Part shown: piece after piece, positions 50,721 through 64,000 of the stretch
Position numbering within the stretch: the first letter of the stretch is position 1
Layout: each line of letters starts with the position of its first letter
NCBI RefSeq assembly: GCF_006345805.1
Contig: NC_043004.1
Location: 99,882,001-99,946,000, forward strand
Source of the DNA: Octopus sinensis
Lineage: Eukaryota
Reading direction: 5' to 3'
DNA length: 64,000 nucleotides
Notes under the pieces: model-generated
The model's database searches: none
The model's input: the letters and a program-made list of their open reading frames with translations, nothing else
Told to the model about the DNA's origin: nothing
Program-made: the position numbers and the translations under genes

Positions 50721-50889
50721 GTTGTCAACGCGGTGATCGTATTAATGGCGGGAGAAATTTCAGCAAAGCTAAAGAAAGCCGTCGTTAATAGAAGGGAATT
50801 CTTGAAAGAAAAACCATTCCACTTCTCGAGCTGGAGTATTTAATTATTTACTGAGTGACTTTGTAGAACATTATAGATTGAGAGGGTAC

Positions 50890-51380
50890 AAATAGACAGA
50901 ATGACAGACAGACGGCAGAGAAGCAGTCAGACAGACGGATGGACAGAGAGGCAGACAGACAGACAGACAAAGAGACAAACGTATAGAGACAGACAGAAAG
51001 AGAGATAAAAAGAGAGACGGACAGAGAGTCAGACAGACAGAAAGACGGATAGAAAGACAGACAGGCAGACAGAAAGAGCAACATACAGACACACGGACAG
51101 AGGCAGACAAACAGACAGAGGGATAGAGAGTCAGACAGACAGACGGACAGAACGACAGACAAACAGACAGAAGGACAGAGAAGCAGACAGACAGAAAGAC
51201 ATACGGTGAAGCAGACAGATAGAGAGACAGACAGACGGTGAGGCAGGCAGACAGACAGACAGAGAAGCTGACAGAGTGGCAAGGAGAAAAGCAGAGAGAC
51301 AGATGGACAGAGAGGCAGACAGACGGACGGAAAAGCAGACAGACATACAGACAGACAGAGAGGCAGACAGACAGATGGAC
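50890..51380 (+). repeat. Degenerate (GACA)n tract
   Basis: Seen directly in the sequence. Confidence 0.9.
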
Positions 51381-51597
51381 GGCAGAAACGTTAGCACGCC
51401 GGGCGAAATGCTTAGCGGTATTTCGTCTGCCGCTACGTTCTGAGTTCAAATTCCGCCGAGGTCGACTTTGCCTTTCATCCGTTCGGGGTCGATTAAAAAA
51501 GTACCAGTTACTAGGGTCGATGTCATCGACTTAGTCCGTTTGTCTGTCCTTATTTGTCCCCTCTGTGTTTAGCCCCTTGTGGGTAGTAAAGAAATGA
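51381..51597 (+). mobile_element. SINE family B, best-preserved copy
   Basis: GGCAGAAACGTTAGCACGCCGGGCGAAATGCTTAGCGG...GAGTTCAAATTCCGCCGAGGTCGACTTTGCCTTTCATCC; tail TTTAGCCCCTTGTGGGTAGTAAAGAAAT. Confidence 0.9.
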
Positions 51598-51609
51598 GTA
51601 TGTATGGAG

Positions 51610-51757
51610 GTAGGCAGACAAACGCTCTTGCTTAAACTCGCTACCAAAAATTTTAGACTGAAGATGATGCTTAGGACGATTTTGTGGTTTTAGGCCATTG
51701 TTCAAATTATGATCAAGCTGATGTATAACCAAAAAAACATTCCAGCCGTGACAATTC
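51610..51757 (+). mobile_element. Fragment of a further dispersed repeat (family E tail; related pieces at about 47665-47725 and 60555-60620)
   Basis: Shared motif (CTG)ATC(A/G)AGC..A.CTAT(A/G)A.CAAA...CATTC(C/T)..CCGTGA among the three sites; diverged. Confidence 0.4.
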
Positions 51758-52439
51758 TATTGACGAACATCTAGGACCATGTTAATCACAGAATTCTACA
51801 ACCGGTTTGTTGTTTGGTCTTTTTTTTAAAGAAGAAATGATGTATTTTTAGTGCGATGCGGCTGCTATTTCTTGCAGATAAAACGGCTGGCGTAAAGTCC
51901 CCCCACATTGTTGCTGTTGGGGGCGGGGTTTTAGTGGTGCTTCTGGTCGTCGTCGTCGTAGTGGTGGTGGTATTAGTTAAAGCTGGTGGCGGCGGCGAGT
52001 GTTGATGTGTGGGGGGCGGGCTTTTTATCTGGCGGCTGCAATGAAATTCAAGAAGTCAGAATAAATAACGAGTAGACTTAATGAGTTTAATGACTGACTG
52101 ACTGACCGACAGACAGATATACAGACAAGCAAGGGTGATGGTGTATATGTGGGGGGGGGGGCTAGTGGTAGTGTTGCTGCTGCTGCTGCTACCGATGGTG
52201 ATGATAATGTTGATGGTGCTGGCGGTGGCGACTGTGGAGGTGGGTAATAATTCGTATTGTAGAAGTGGGCGGTGTTTTTGATTGGATGTAATTATAGGAA
52301 AGAAAGGAGAACGAGGAAAAGATGAAGTAAGAGCATTGAGGGAGGTGTGGAGGGGGGTGAATATAGAAGGAAGATAGGAATATCTAAGGAAAAGTGGTGA
52401 CATATTCAAATTAATGGGAGTAACAGAGCTAAGTTTGGC

Positions 52440-52570
52440 AGAGGTACCGATAGATAGACAGACACACAGACAGACAGATAGACAGACAGAGAGACAGATG
52501 GACAGAGAGAGAGAGAGAGAGAGACGTAGACAGAGAGATAGATAGAGATAGATAGAGATAGATAGATAGG

Positions 52571-52617
<47 letters not shown>

Positions 52618-52690
52618 GTAGGTAGATAGACAGAGAGATAGATATAGATAGGTAGGTAGATAGACAGAGAGATAGATATAGACAGATAAG

Positions 52691-52749
<59 letters not shown>

Positions 52750-52850
52750 ATAGATACATAGACAGAGAGATAGATATAGATAGATAGGCAGAGAGATAGG
52801 TAGGTAGATAGATAGATAGATGGATGGATAGATACGTACGTACATACATA
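52440..52850 (+). repeat. (GATA)n / (GACA)n microsatellite
   Basis: Seen directly in the sequence. Confidence 0.95.
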
Positions 52851-53274
52851 CATAAGCAGTAATTATGATCTAATAAAGTAATTCAATCCGCGAACACTTA
52901 GCCTACTGTATGGATACGAAATCAAACCTAACACGGTCACCTTCTGACCTCTCCCGACTCCCAAAAGACAGACTGTCAGTCATATTTTGTGCACCAGACA
53001 TAATATTCTGCCATAATAAGGGGACATTCCTGCGTACTCTCTCAACACCTACCACACCCTACCCCCTCCAATTTGCGCCAATAAAAGAGCCTTTCCAGTT
53101 TCTCTCCGCCTGGTAAAAATAGCCAAATATTTCTCAAATTAGGAAATGCACCTTTTTAAAAGGATCACAATGTAGATAAGATTTTCTCGATAACGTTTGA
53201 CTTAAAATATTAATGATTACTTCCTTCAAGTCATTCACAAACTTAAGTACATTTATAGTTTCCCATAGTTTCAA

Positions 53275-53596
53275 AATCTCTCGTGGAAGCGCCATCCAAC
53301 CAAAATGCAAATATATGGGAAACTACCACCTTTGTCATCTCTTGTGAAAGGTAAGAGAGTCCAGTTTGCTGGACATTGTTGTAGAGCTGAAAAAGAGGTA
53401 ATCTCTACTCTTCTCCTCTGGAAGCCATCTACTCGCAATACCAGAGGGCGCACACTCTCCTACTCTGATGTAATCTCCAGGGATACAGGCATCCAGCAAC
53501 AGGACCTCCGTAATGCCATGATGGACCGTGAAGTCTGGCGTAGCGTGGTAAATTACATTGTCTAGACCACGTTCGAACAATGATGATGATGATGAC
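53275..53596 (+). mobile_element. RTE-group LINE 3' end with (TGA)n tail
   Basis: NLSWKRHPTKMQIYGKLPPLS...RVQFAGHCCRAEKEVISTLLLW...RGRTLSY.DVISRDTG...AMMDREVWR, then stop and (TGA)n. Confidence 0.9.
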
Positions 53597-53949
53597 ATTT
53601 ATAGTGATGTACGACGATACTATATAATGAAAATAAGTTTCTATTACCTTTTATTAAAAAATAGCAATTATTAAAGTGTACACTTTCAAACAATTTTTAA
53701 TAATTCCAATTTTAATTTATATTTCATCTAAGTGTAGCTTTATAACAGAAGATTTCGACTATAGGAAATTAATTGTAGTCCTCTGTGAAATAGTCTTCCC
53801 TTTTTGTCTTACCTCTTATACTCCATGAAATTTAATTTTAAATGACATATCTGTAAAAACATTTCTCCAAATTATAAGGTTAATTCAATGTCAGCTAGAT
53901 TATGATGATGATAATATTATGTGTCGCCACAAAACACTGGAATTTAGTA

Positions 53950-54381
53950 TACTCTTTTACTCTTTTACTTGTTTCAGTCATTTGACTGCGGCCATGATGG
54001 AGCACCGCCTTTAGTCGAACAAATCGACCCCGGGACTTATTCTTTGTAAGCCCAGTACTTATTCTATCGGTTTCTTTTGCCGAATCGCTAAGTAACGGGG
54101 ACGTAAACACACTAGCATCGGTTGTCAAGCAATGCTAGGGGGACAAACACAGACACACAAACACACACAGACAGAAACAAACACACACACACACACACAT
54201 ATATATATACATATATACGACAGGCTTCTTTCAGTTTCCGTCTACCAAATCCACTCACAAGGCATTGGTCGGCCCGAGGCTATAGCAGAAGACACCTGCC
54301 CAAGATGCCACGCAGTGGGACTGAACCCGGAACCACGTGGTTGGTAAGCAAGTTACTTACCACACAGCCACTCCTGCGCCT
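53950..54381 (-). mobile_element. SINE family A, full length
   Basis: Complete head and tail. Confidence 0.93.
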
Positions 54382-55124
54382 ATAAATATAGTATGTTAAA
54401 TATTTGCAGGGTCCATGGATTTGAGAGGTCAGTTTTGCTGACGTGATTAACTCTCGGTAGCAGCCTGTTTGCTGTAACTATCTAAACACCTTAATTCAGT
54501 TCGATTCCTAGACAGCGAGTTGATGTTTGCGCCTCTGTCATATATTCTTACAATATTTTGATATTCGTTGGGTGTTTTTCAAGAAATACAAAACTTCCGA
54601 TAATTAATTTCTTTTGCTGCAACCAGTGTTCGTGTTATTGTAGTCCGTATGTTAAACAGCAATAAAAAAAAATATATCCTTATTTCTGTACACCTCTACT
54701 TCTATGTCCCTATAGAATACTACCACTAAAAATGTGCACGTACATATATATCAATAAGAAGTATAAAAGGATTCAGAGAATAGTGTGGTTATCACAGAAG
54801 GCTTTTCGTACAGACTCGGTTATCAGTTCAAATAATAATCACTTATAAAGTACTGTAATGTAAAGTGCCCGGGTAACAGGAAATCAAGATAAAATATTTC
54901 TGTGAGGGATGTATAAAAATATCAATTCAAGAAGTATGACTTCTAAGGAAGTCAAGTGGTTAAATTCTTTTTATTCGCTTCTGATATCTCACCAATTTAC
55001 CATTATATTTGTATATGTGTGTGTGTTTGTGAGTATGTGTTTGTGTGTGTGTGTGGTGTATACACACACACACACCTATATATATGCATATACATATATA
55101 TTTAGATATACATATATGTATGTG

Positions 55125-55163
<39 letters not shown>

Positions 55164-55287
55164 ACATCATAGATGTGTGCATATATTTAGATATACATAT
55201 ATGTATGTGTATGTTATATATATATATATACCTACATACATAGATGTGTGCATACATTTACCTTTATATGTATATACATATATATAA

Positions 55288-55334
<47 letters not shown>

Positions 55335-55396
55335 ATATATATATATAGAGAGAGAGAGAAAGAGAAATAGATAGATAGATAGATAGATAGATAGAG

Positions 55397-55477
<81 letters not shown>

Positions 55478-56635
55478 TACAGACATACATATGTATGTAA
55501 ATATGTCTAGATTGTTTGAAGTGGTGTACAGATTTTATATATAAAGGCAAATGAGGTGGTCAAGATTTGTTTAGCATTTCTATTCCTTTGAGTGATTCAT
55601 TGTGAATAACTTTTCTTATACAAAAATTCATACTTCGTGTGTGTTTGTACGTGTGTACATCTGTTTGTGTGTGTGTGCGTGCGTGTGTGTGTGCGTGCGT
55701 GTGTGTGTGCTGAAAATCCTGGAGTTAGATCTGTTTCGCTGGGTTTGGGGGCCAGTGTATTTTGGGAGTGATTGAGATGTTCTTTGTTATTTTGTGTGTT
55801 CATATGTGTGTCAACATGTGTGTGTATATGCATATGTGTGTATATAAATGTGTGTATGTATATGTTTGTGCGTATGTTTGTAAGTATATCTATGGTGAAT
55901 TTTTGGTTAGAGAAAGGGAAAAAAATAAAACTACGACATGAAAGAAAGAAAGAGAGAAAGAGAGAGAGAGAGAGAAAGAAAGAGAGACAGAAAGAAAGAA
56001 GTGTTCCTCTGGGAGTTGCTTGATTTAATGACGGGTTAAAATTTTAAAATTTTTGAGAATTGCAGTAAATTTCTTTGGCTCCTTGAGTGGCTGACAGTAT
56101 TTTTGGTCAAGTATGATGATACTCACCTATAGAAGATAGAATCTATTAAATTGTTATAAAAGGATTTTATGTGTGTGTTGTGCGCACGTGTGTATGTGTG
56201 TTTAAGCGTATGTGTGTGTTGTCGTGTGTTGATTACTTAAGGGAATTTTTTCCAATTATTCTAGTAGCGGTAATGTGAGCAGCATTAATGATAACATCCA
56301 GTGGTAATCTGCTTTGCTTCACCGAGGAAGCTAATTTTATTAATAAGTATTTCTCATGTGTTTATAGATATAAATTTTACAAGTTTATTTTAGTTTAAAA
56401 AAGTAATTATACAATTTGTTTCCATTGTCGTTGGTTTTGGTCATGCCCAGGGCATTTGTAATAAACATTGATCTTAAATCTGCAGTTTCCGCATATTTCC
56501 ATATGCATGCTCAGCGGAACCTTACTTAATTCCTGTTGTCTGATGTGTTGTGTGTGGATTCTTGCACGTAAGCAAAAGGAATTATTGGTGTCACCAATAT
56601 GAGTTTCTTTGCAATTATGGCCGCATATGTTGTCT

Positions 56636-56968
56636 TTTAAAAAAAAGACTCGGCCGGTTGCGACGACGAGGGTCCCAGCTGATACGATCAACGGAACAGC
56701 TTGCTCGTGAAAATTAACGTGCAAATGGCTGAGCATTCCACAGACACGTGTACCCTTAACGTAGTTCTCGGGGATAATCAGCGTGACACAGAGAGTGACA
56801 AGGCTGACCCTTTGAAATACAAGTACAACTCATTTTTGCCAGCTGAGTGGACTGGAGTAACGTGAAATAAAGTGTCTTGCTCAAGGACACAACGCGTCGC
56901 CGGGAATCGAACTCACAACCTTACGATCATGAGCCGAATGCCCTAACCACTAAGCCACGCGCCCTCAC
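56636..56968 (-). mobile_element. SINE family C, young full-length copy with 12-bp TSD
   Basis: Near-identical reverse complement of 45509-45841; TSD CATATGTTGTCT at 56624-56635 and 56969-56980. Confidence 0.95.
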
Positions 56969-57439
56969 CATATGTTGTCTATATTGTCAACGAATGTTGC
57001 ATATGTCCAAGTCGATGTTTAAAATTTTAGCTGTTTAAAATTTATCCAGATGATGGTAGATTAAATATTAGGATGTACTATTTTCTACTATATTGAGTAA
57101 ATGAAATTCTATCAAAACAGCTATCGTAAATTTTAATGGCCATTTATGTTTAAGGCATACAAATGACCAACCCCTTAATCGAATCTATGGTTTAAATTAG
57201 ATTTAGTACTAGCGTATCTGTGGAACACTAACAATACTTAATGAATTCAATGTTGTTTATTTCAATGTGAGCTCTATGTTATCATTTCTAGCGTCGTACT
57301 GGTGGATGTGCTCCGAGTCATGATTCCGTATAATAAAATCACACACACACACACACACAAACACACATACACACAGACACAGACACACACACACACACAC
57401 ACACACACAGGTATATATATATATATGTATAAAAATTAT

Positions 57440-58420
57440 ATATAAAAATACAAAATGGGACAAGAACGCAAAACACACAAAGAGACGACACAGAAAACAG
57501 ACAAGTCATTCGAAGCCTCTAATCTTCAGTCAGGAACCGGATCATCTTAGCAATTTCGGCTGATTAATGCTGATATCGCTCCGATCCGGCCAGCCCCAAG
57601 GAAAAACTAAGCTGCGAGCATTAGATTTCTTGGAAAAAGGATCGAATGTAACATACGTAAAATATGGTACAATTATAAACCGGGCAAATTTTAGCCATTT
57701 CTCCGAAAACTGAAAACATGAAGAACAAACTTAATCGATTTTCGAGCCTTATTGTGTTCTCATCAGAGGCGCCCACATCATTTTGACAATCTCCAGAGAT
57801 ACAAGCAGCCAAGCTGTGGGACTCGGTTGCTGAGCGGAAACATACCAACGGTACTAGTCAATTTGAAAGAGATATGGGATTGGGTAACCAAATAGGAAGT
57901 GAGAGGTGTGTATGCTTGTAAGTGAATTTGTGGGAAGGATTTCGGTGTGGTGAGGTGTGTGCATGAGGAAAGGGTTTGGGCATATTGAGGGTATACTTGT
58001 CGGTATGAAAGCAATCGCGTCTGAGATGAAGGCAGTGGAGTGAGGTTATGAGTGTGAGATGGATGCATAGGATGCAAGTGAGCAGCGTGAGAGACGGGGA
58101 GAGACAGGAAGGAATGCGGTACAGAGTGACGGGTGAATGGTGAGAAAAAAGGTTTGAATAATTGAAATGGAGATTCAAGCCGAGAGGCTTAAAAGTATGG
58201 AGAGGGGAAAAAAAAATTACACTTTCTCCTGAAGGCAAGTAGTGAAGGAACCGGGAGAAGTAGTCGTTCGAGGATCGAGAGATGTTGCGTGAGATATCTA
58301 ACGGAGAGGACAGGTCGAGCGACAGGTGACCCATTGCCAAGTTGGATGGTCGGTGGCCAGTTTGCCCGATGTAAATGAAATTGCAATTGTTCTTGCCAAA
58401 GTGGGAAGCCTGAGCAGACG
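57440..58420 (-). mobile_element. Neptune-like PLE 3' portion: GIY-YIG end, pyrimidine-rich 3' UTR, hammerhead (57728-57770) and terminal repeat remnant
   Basis: CNFIYIGQTGHR...GHL and ES.IFFSPLHTFKPLGLNLHF are GIY-YIG motifs; the downstream minus strand reads GCCT-CTGATGA-GAAC...GCTC-GAAAA-TCGA-TTA-AG. Confidence 0.78.
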
Positions 58421-58930
58421 ATGGCGATGATGATGATGCCCAACAAAAAAAATGAAGGTAGGTTTCATGTATACATTTTCCCCATATTTCTTTTAATCTT
58501 ATCAAAGGTCCATTATAATGCGCATCTTCACAACTTGATTTCAAGTTTCTCCAAGATATATGTCGTCCATCACTACAGTGAAGAACAATTAAGTTGCAGT
58601 CATGTAATGGCATTGATCCAATCGGCTATAACACTTTCACGCTATTTTTGACGGCATGCCAATTTCAGAATGCTTATATTTTGACTTCTGATTCATTATC
58701 CCATAGGATTACAACTATTAACAGAGTAGCGATGTTGGAGAAACGATACAGCACTAGACTAAAGGCCAGACAGTAATTATATCACATATGTTACCAGTTC
58801 AAATCTCCCTATGGTCAAATTCACTGGGGGTGGGTGTTAACGAAATCAGAACTAAATATGTGCTAATGTTTAATTAATCAACTATGCCCGTCAACAACAC
58901 ATATGCATTTCTGTGCCAAAATGCGAAATC

Positions 58931-58934
<4 letters not shown>

Positions 58935-58984
<50 letters not shown>

Positions 58985-59290
58985 CATATATACATACATA
59001 CCACACATATATATAATATATAATATATATATATATTACATACGTATATACATGCACATATATACACAAAAATACACATAAAATATATGCATGTATGTAT
59101 ATACATACCTACACACATTCATACATATATACATACATACATACATACATACGTACAAACACACATATATACATATATATATTATATATATATGTATATA
59201 TTACATACGTATATACATGCACATATATACACAAAAATGCACATAAAATATATGCATGTATGTATATACATACATAATACATACACGTAT
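58935..59290. repeat. TA/CA tract with a ~165-bp direct tandem duplication
   Basis: TACGTATATACATGCACATATATACACAAAAAT at about 59041 and 59206. Confidence 0.85.
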
Positions 59291-60620
59291 GTGTGAGCTA
59301 GCAATGGTATTCATGGCTATAGTGATTATGCATTTAGAGAATGGTTTAGCCACGCTGGTTGTGGTAACTGTATTATCATGACGTTGGAAAGAGTTTCATG
59401 CTATTCACAGCTGTAATCGTAGTGGTTGTATTATTGTAGTTGTTGCTCTGGCTGCGGCAGCGGCGGCGGCTACGGTGGTGATAGTGGTGCTGGTGTTGGT
59501 GATGGTGGCTGCTAGTGTTATTATCATTATTATTGTCACTTTGATGTACTGGTGGTGGTGGCGGCGATGGTGATCTTAATAATATGGAGTCATTCGTGGT
59601 GACATTACGATCGATGGCGGCGGTTGCAGTGTTTTAAAGATCGCTTGCTTTACTGGTGATAATAGTGGTATTTGTTGTGGTGGTTATAGCTGTGGTAACG
59701 ATTATGGTGTTGCTAATGGTGCCGGTAATGGTTATCGTTATGCTTTTAGTGGTGGAGCCGATGGTAGTGAGTGAGGACAGCTACGGTGGTGGCGGTAGCA
59801 GGGGTGGTGGTTGTGGTGGTGATGGTGGACAGAAGAAAAAAGAAAGTTTCCACCTTAAAACATCTTAGATTCCGGAAAAGTTCGTTCTTGTGGGAAATCT
59901 TATTTGATGTCTGCAACATTGTATGAATTATTAACGAGATTATTGGTAACCCTCACCTCTGCTCATTACAAGGAACCGAAGATGTTGCTACACTATAAAA
60001 GACAACACTGCTCGAAATGAATTGCTGGCTCTTTCTTTTATTATTAGCGGCAATAATAAAAGTGGGTCGGATTGGCATCTCATAAAATATATAGAATAGC
60101 AGTGAGAGTGTCATGTTGCGTTGGCATGTAAAGGGGTTGTGAGGATGTGTCACGGAGTTGTGATGAGATGTGCGAAGTTTAGCGGAGGTTTATAGATTCA
60201 AGCGGCGCGGAGCTGGGTGGAGGTTCGTGCAGAGCAGTTTTGCAGACATGTGCACTTCTATTGCTTGGATGGATGAAACAAGGTGGTAATAATCAAACCA
60301 ACGGGTGGATTTAATAGTAGATTGCATTGATTAATTTATATAAACGTGGTAGGGTGGCTACAGAAGTGTGCTTAAGATATAAGTCTGTAGTTTTTGTATT
60401 GTTTTTTATTGTTGTTCATACTTTGTATTAATTTTGGCTGAAGCAGTTGTTTTGTGTGTGTTTATATCTTCTTACATGTGACGTAATATTCTCACATGTG
60501 ATTAAATGTGCTTACTTAAGCTTGTGCTCGCGTTTAATACACTGTTGTTGCTGTTGTTGTGCAACCGCAGGTTAGCTCTGATCAGGAGGGTTATGATAAA
60601 ATGCCTTACCGCTGTGATCA

Positions 60621-60785
60621 TACGAGGGCTGCTGAAAAGTTCTTGGCTTTGAGTATTAAGAAATACAGGAGGGTCAGTTCACTATGAATTTATTCAACAT
60701 ATTCTTCTCTCAGAATCACACACTAATTATTGCGGTCTTTCAGTTTTTGTAAGCCCCGTAAAAGAACTCGGAATGTTGGGTCTCC
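60621..60785 (-). mobile_element. Mariner transposon 3' end (transposase C-terminus + TIR)
   Basis: TACGAGGGCTGCTGAAAAGTTC TIR-like end with TA; the minus strand reads ..QHSEFF...KKLKDR..CVILREEYVE*, the mariner C-terminal motif. Confidence 0.7.
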
Positions 60786-62524
60786 ATCCAGACATTTCAA
60801 TACGCCATAAAAGCGAAGAACTCGTGATCGGTCTTATTTTTCTAAGCTGAAGTCCAAAGAAATGCATCCATCTTTTATAAAGACTGCTGTACATGAATAC
60901 AGAGGGATGTGGCTGTTTATTCTATTGGGATTGAGCAACTGTATAGAAAGGCTCTGTTAGCACATGTGCTACAAGACTGTTTCCTGTTCCCCTGTTATCC
61001 TCATGTGCTATACTGTCTCACAATATTTTTATGCCCTATTGTATAATGCTTTAAGTTGGTTGTACTTTGCCATGCGGCGTTATCCTAAACTGTGACTCGC
61101 TATTGCTCTGTATTGTCTCAGATATCTTATTTTCCTCTCACTTATACCTGACTAAGTTATGCAAATACTTTCTGCCGTACTTTGATCTATTCCACTGTGC
61201 AATGTTGTGCTTGGTTGAGCTGAAACCAAACCCGCAGTATTTCTATTGGAAAAAAAAAGTGATGAAACCTTTATTGCACTTATATACAATAGCAGAATAC
61301 CTGTAGTACTTGCTGCAGGGTTGGTTTGTAGGGATGATTAGTAGAAACATTATATTGGAGCTGTTTTTAATCACCACCGTCTAATGAATTCATATAATTA
61401 ACTTTACAGGTTATGGGTTTATAATGGCAGAGTGCTTTCTGTACTGGTGTTGTAGGTAGTTCTGTATCAATAATAACGCTCACAATTAATAACAACAACG
61501 TTCACAAAAGTAAGGATAGTTTCATATCTTGAATGAAGAGATTTCTTGGCTTGAGCACAACTCAGAGATGAGTATATTCCCGAGCAACTCAACACTCGTA
61601 CATTTGTAATAAAGTTAATTGGTCCCAAACCCTTTCACACCACATTAGCAACAATCTGAAATGTCGGGAAACAGTTGATATGCAAGTTGTTCAGAGGAGA
61701 GGTGGGGTGACGAAGTGTTATATCGCAAGTGGCTGTGCGAGCTACAAAATCATCGTTGCCACTGTTATGTCGCACGATCGAATACCTCTACTACTCAACT
61801 CGACTTTTCTCTACTCAACGCTTCTCTCTCCCGACGTCTAGACATCTCCCTCTATATCTACGTAGTGGGCTAGTCTACATCATCGTCTGGGGGCGTCCAC
61901 AAAACACGAAAGGAACAAGGAAGAAGAGAGGGAGGAGGAGAATAGAAGTTACTGTATTAAGGATGGTAAAAAGGTTGATGGTGTTAGTAGTAGTGTTAAT
62001 GGCTTTGTAAGTATGGTAATGGTCTTGTTCATGTCTAACAATCGTGGACATGCTTACAAAATCAAAACACAACACAGCATCTATGACATTCGAAAATATT
62101 TTTTCAGTCAGGATTGCTCAACCATCGAATAACTTATCTGCATCAGTTATTAGCAGTCGGGAAACTACAACCTTTAAAACTTCCATGCTTCCTGAAATTC
62201 GCCAACAGTACACCTGATTTCCCCCTACTCCTATTCTTTCTTCCTTTTTTTTTCAGATCTTTTCTGTTTACTGATGAGTCCACTTCCCTAAAATATTCGA
62301 CGATTATAAGCCCACCTTCGCAAAATCATGGTACATGCATATTACTGGGGATCTCGTTGATGTTATTGTCGTATTTATTACTGTTGCTGTGGTTGCTTAA
62401 TACCACTAGGTCAGTCCTGACCTACAATTCTATTGATGAGCGATCCTCCGACCATGACCGTCCCGAAACTTTTCCAGGTGTACTATATCCGCAAACATTA
62501 TCTGTTTGCCATTTAAGGTGATAG

Positions 62525-62900
62525 TAGGCGTAGGAGTGGCTGTGTGGTAAGTAGCTTCCTTACGAACCACAGGGTTCCGGGTTCAGTTCCACTGCGTGGA
62601 CCTAGGGCAAGTGTCTTCTACTATAGCCTTGGGCTGACCAAAGCCTTGTGAGTGGATTTGGTAGATGGAAACTGAAAGAAGCCCATCGTATATAAGTATA
62701 TATATGTGTATGTGTTTGTATATGTTTGTGCGTCTGGGTTTGTCGCCCATCATCACTTGACAACCGATGCTGGCGTGTTTACGTCCGCGTAACTTAGTGG
62801 TTCGGGGTTCGGCAAAAGAGACCGATAGAATAAGTACTAAAGGCGGTGCTCCAGCATGGCCACAGTCACATGCCTGAAACAAGTAAAAGAGTAAAGAGTA
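62525..62900 (+). mobile_element. SINE family A, full length with an internal deletion
   Basis: Head GGCGTAGGAGTGGCTGTGTGG; AATAAGTACT jumps directly to AAAGGCGGTGCTCC. Confidence 0.9.
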
Positions 62901-63276
62901 TCGCAATTGATTTGAGTTTCGAAGGAGATTTGGTTTCTATTTCTAGCACGTTCAAACATCACAAATTGCCTCTATCATTAGCTCGTTGCTTATGACGTAG
63001 ATTATATGGGAATGCGGTAACAAAGGCAGTGCTGAAGGGTCATGAAGGCGATGATGATGGTGCAAATAGTGATGATAATGACAGTGGTGGTGGTGGTGGG
63101 GGTGAGGGTGATGCTGATGTTGGGGGTATTGGTATTGATACTGCTGGTTTTGGTGTCAGTGTTGGTGTTTGAGTCGATGGTGATTTTGGTCGTCGTGATG
63201 GTGGAGTTAGTAGTGGTGGAATCGGCAGCGGCTCGGATTATGATTACAACAACGATAAAACAACAATGATGACCAC

Positions 63277-63522
63277 TAGTTAGTTAGTTAGTTAGTTAGT
63301 CAGTTAATTTTTTGGCTCAAAAAGCAAAAAGCAAGGCCAATTAGAGGGACATGGAGTTGTGTACAGGATGGTGTTCAAGTAAAGAGTTCAGGCCACTTGT
63401 GGTCAAGGGACACTTTGAACCGAGCAGCCGTCGGCATCTTCACTATCTCGTCCGGCAGCTTATTCCATGGATCCGCAACCCGGACGGAGAAAGCCCCTCT
63501 CCTTCGATTGAGATGAAATCGT
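63277..63522 (-). mobile_element. CR1-type LINE 3' end, same family as 16095-16560
   Basis: Reverse complement of about 16335-16560, with (AACT)n tail. Confidence 0.92.
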
Positions 63523-63775
63523 CACCGCCACCACCACCATTATGCGACGATGACGACAACGATGATGATGATACCGACAAGGACGATGATGACGATGATG
63601 ATGATGACTACGACGAGGGAGAGGACGACGACGATGATGATGATGATGATGATGATGATGACGTCGATGAATTTGACGACAGCGACGGCGATGACGAAAA
63701 CGATGACGATGATGACAGCGATAAGAGAGGCGGAAAGGAAGAGGTGGATAACAAGATGGTGATGTGGTGAATTCA
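63523..63775 (+). repeat. (GAT/GAC)n microsatellite
   Basis: Seen directly; it explains the poly-Asp ORF. Confidence 0.9.
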
Positions 63776-64000
63776 ACATAATATAATGTCAAACTTTTCC
63801 TTTCTACATTTTATAGTTACTTAGCATTTCACCATCAAGACCATTACGCATTATATATTGCCTTAGAGCATCGCAATTTCTACACACACGTCTATAAAGT
63901 TGGCAAAAAACAAAAATCAAGGAGTGAAAAAAAATAAAACGAGAATGTCAATTCCTATGAAGCACATATTAAATTAGCCAATTGCCGACTATCTTTCACT

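Noticed and set aside
62270-62480. CTGATGAGTCC at 62273 and TTGATGA...CCCGAAAC at 62432
   Set aside because: Neither has matching downstream core and stems; treated as chance matches.

Overview
AT-rich, microsatellite-saturated eukaryotic DNA, most likely a coleoid cephalopod (Octopus-like; inferred from the repeat families and simple-repeat load). It appears intergenic or deep intronic. I found no host protein-coding gene that I can support, and nearly all ORFs in the supplied track are translations of simple repeats or SINEs. The window is a retroelement graveyard. It holds about 15 copies or fragments of one tRNA-derived SINE (A), 7 of a second (B), 3 of a third (C, two of them very young with TSDs) and 3 copies of a ~550-bp (AAT)n-associated repeat (D). 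There are also decayed fragments of Penelope-like elements (PLE; RT + GIY-YIG), R4/Dong-type RLE LINEs, CR1, RTE, Tx1/L1-like and mariner elements. The most striking unannotated signal is a set of about 11 type I hammerhead-ribozyme (HHR) motifs from roughly 7 sequence families. One, at 2122-2226, has a fully intact catalytic core, a long branched stem II and an extended stem I, and lies at the end of a ~300-nt run of hairpins. Another, at 46317-46453, caps a long rod-like hairpin. Also notable are a LINE 3' end sharing its tail and stem-loop with SINE A, a twice-present RTE/SINE-A chimera, and a tRNA-like Pol III module in the PLE 3' region. All folds and alignments were done by eye and family names come from memory, so they need computational confirmation.
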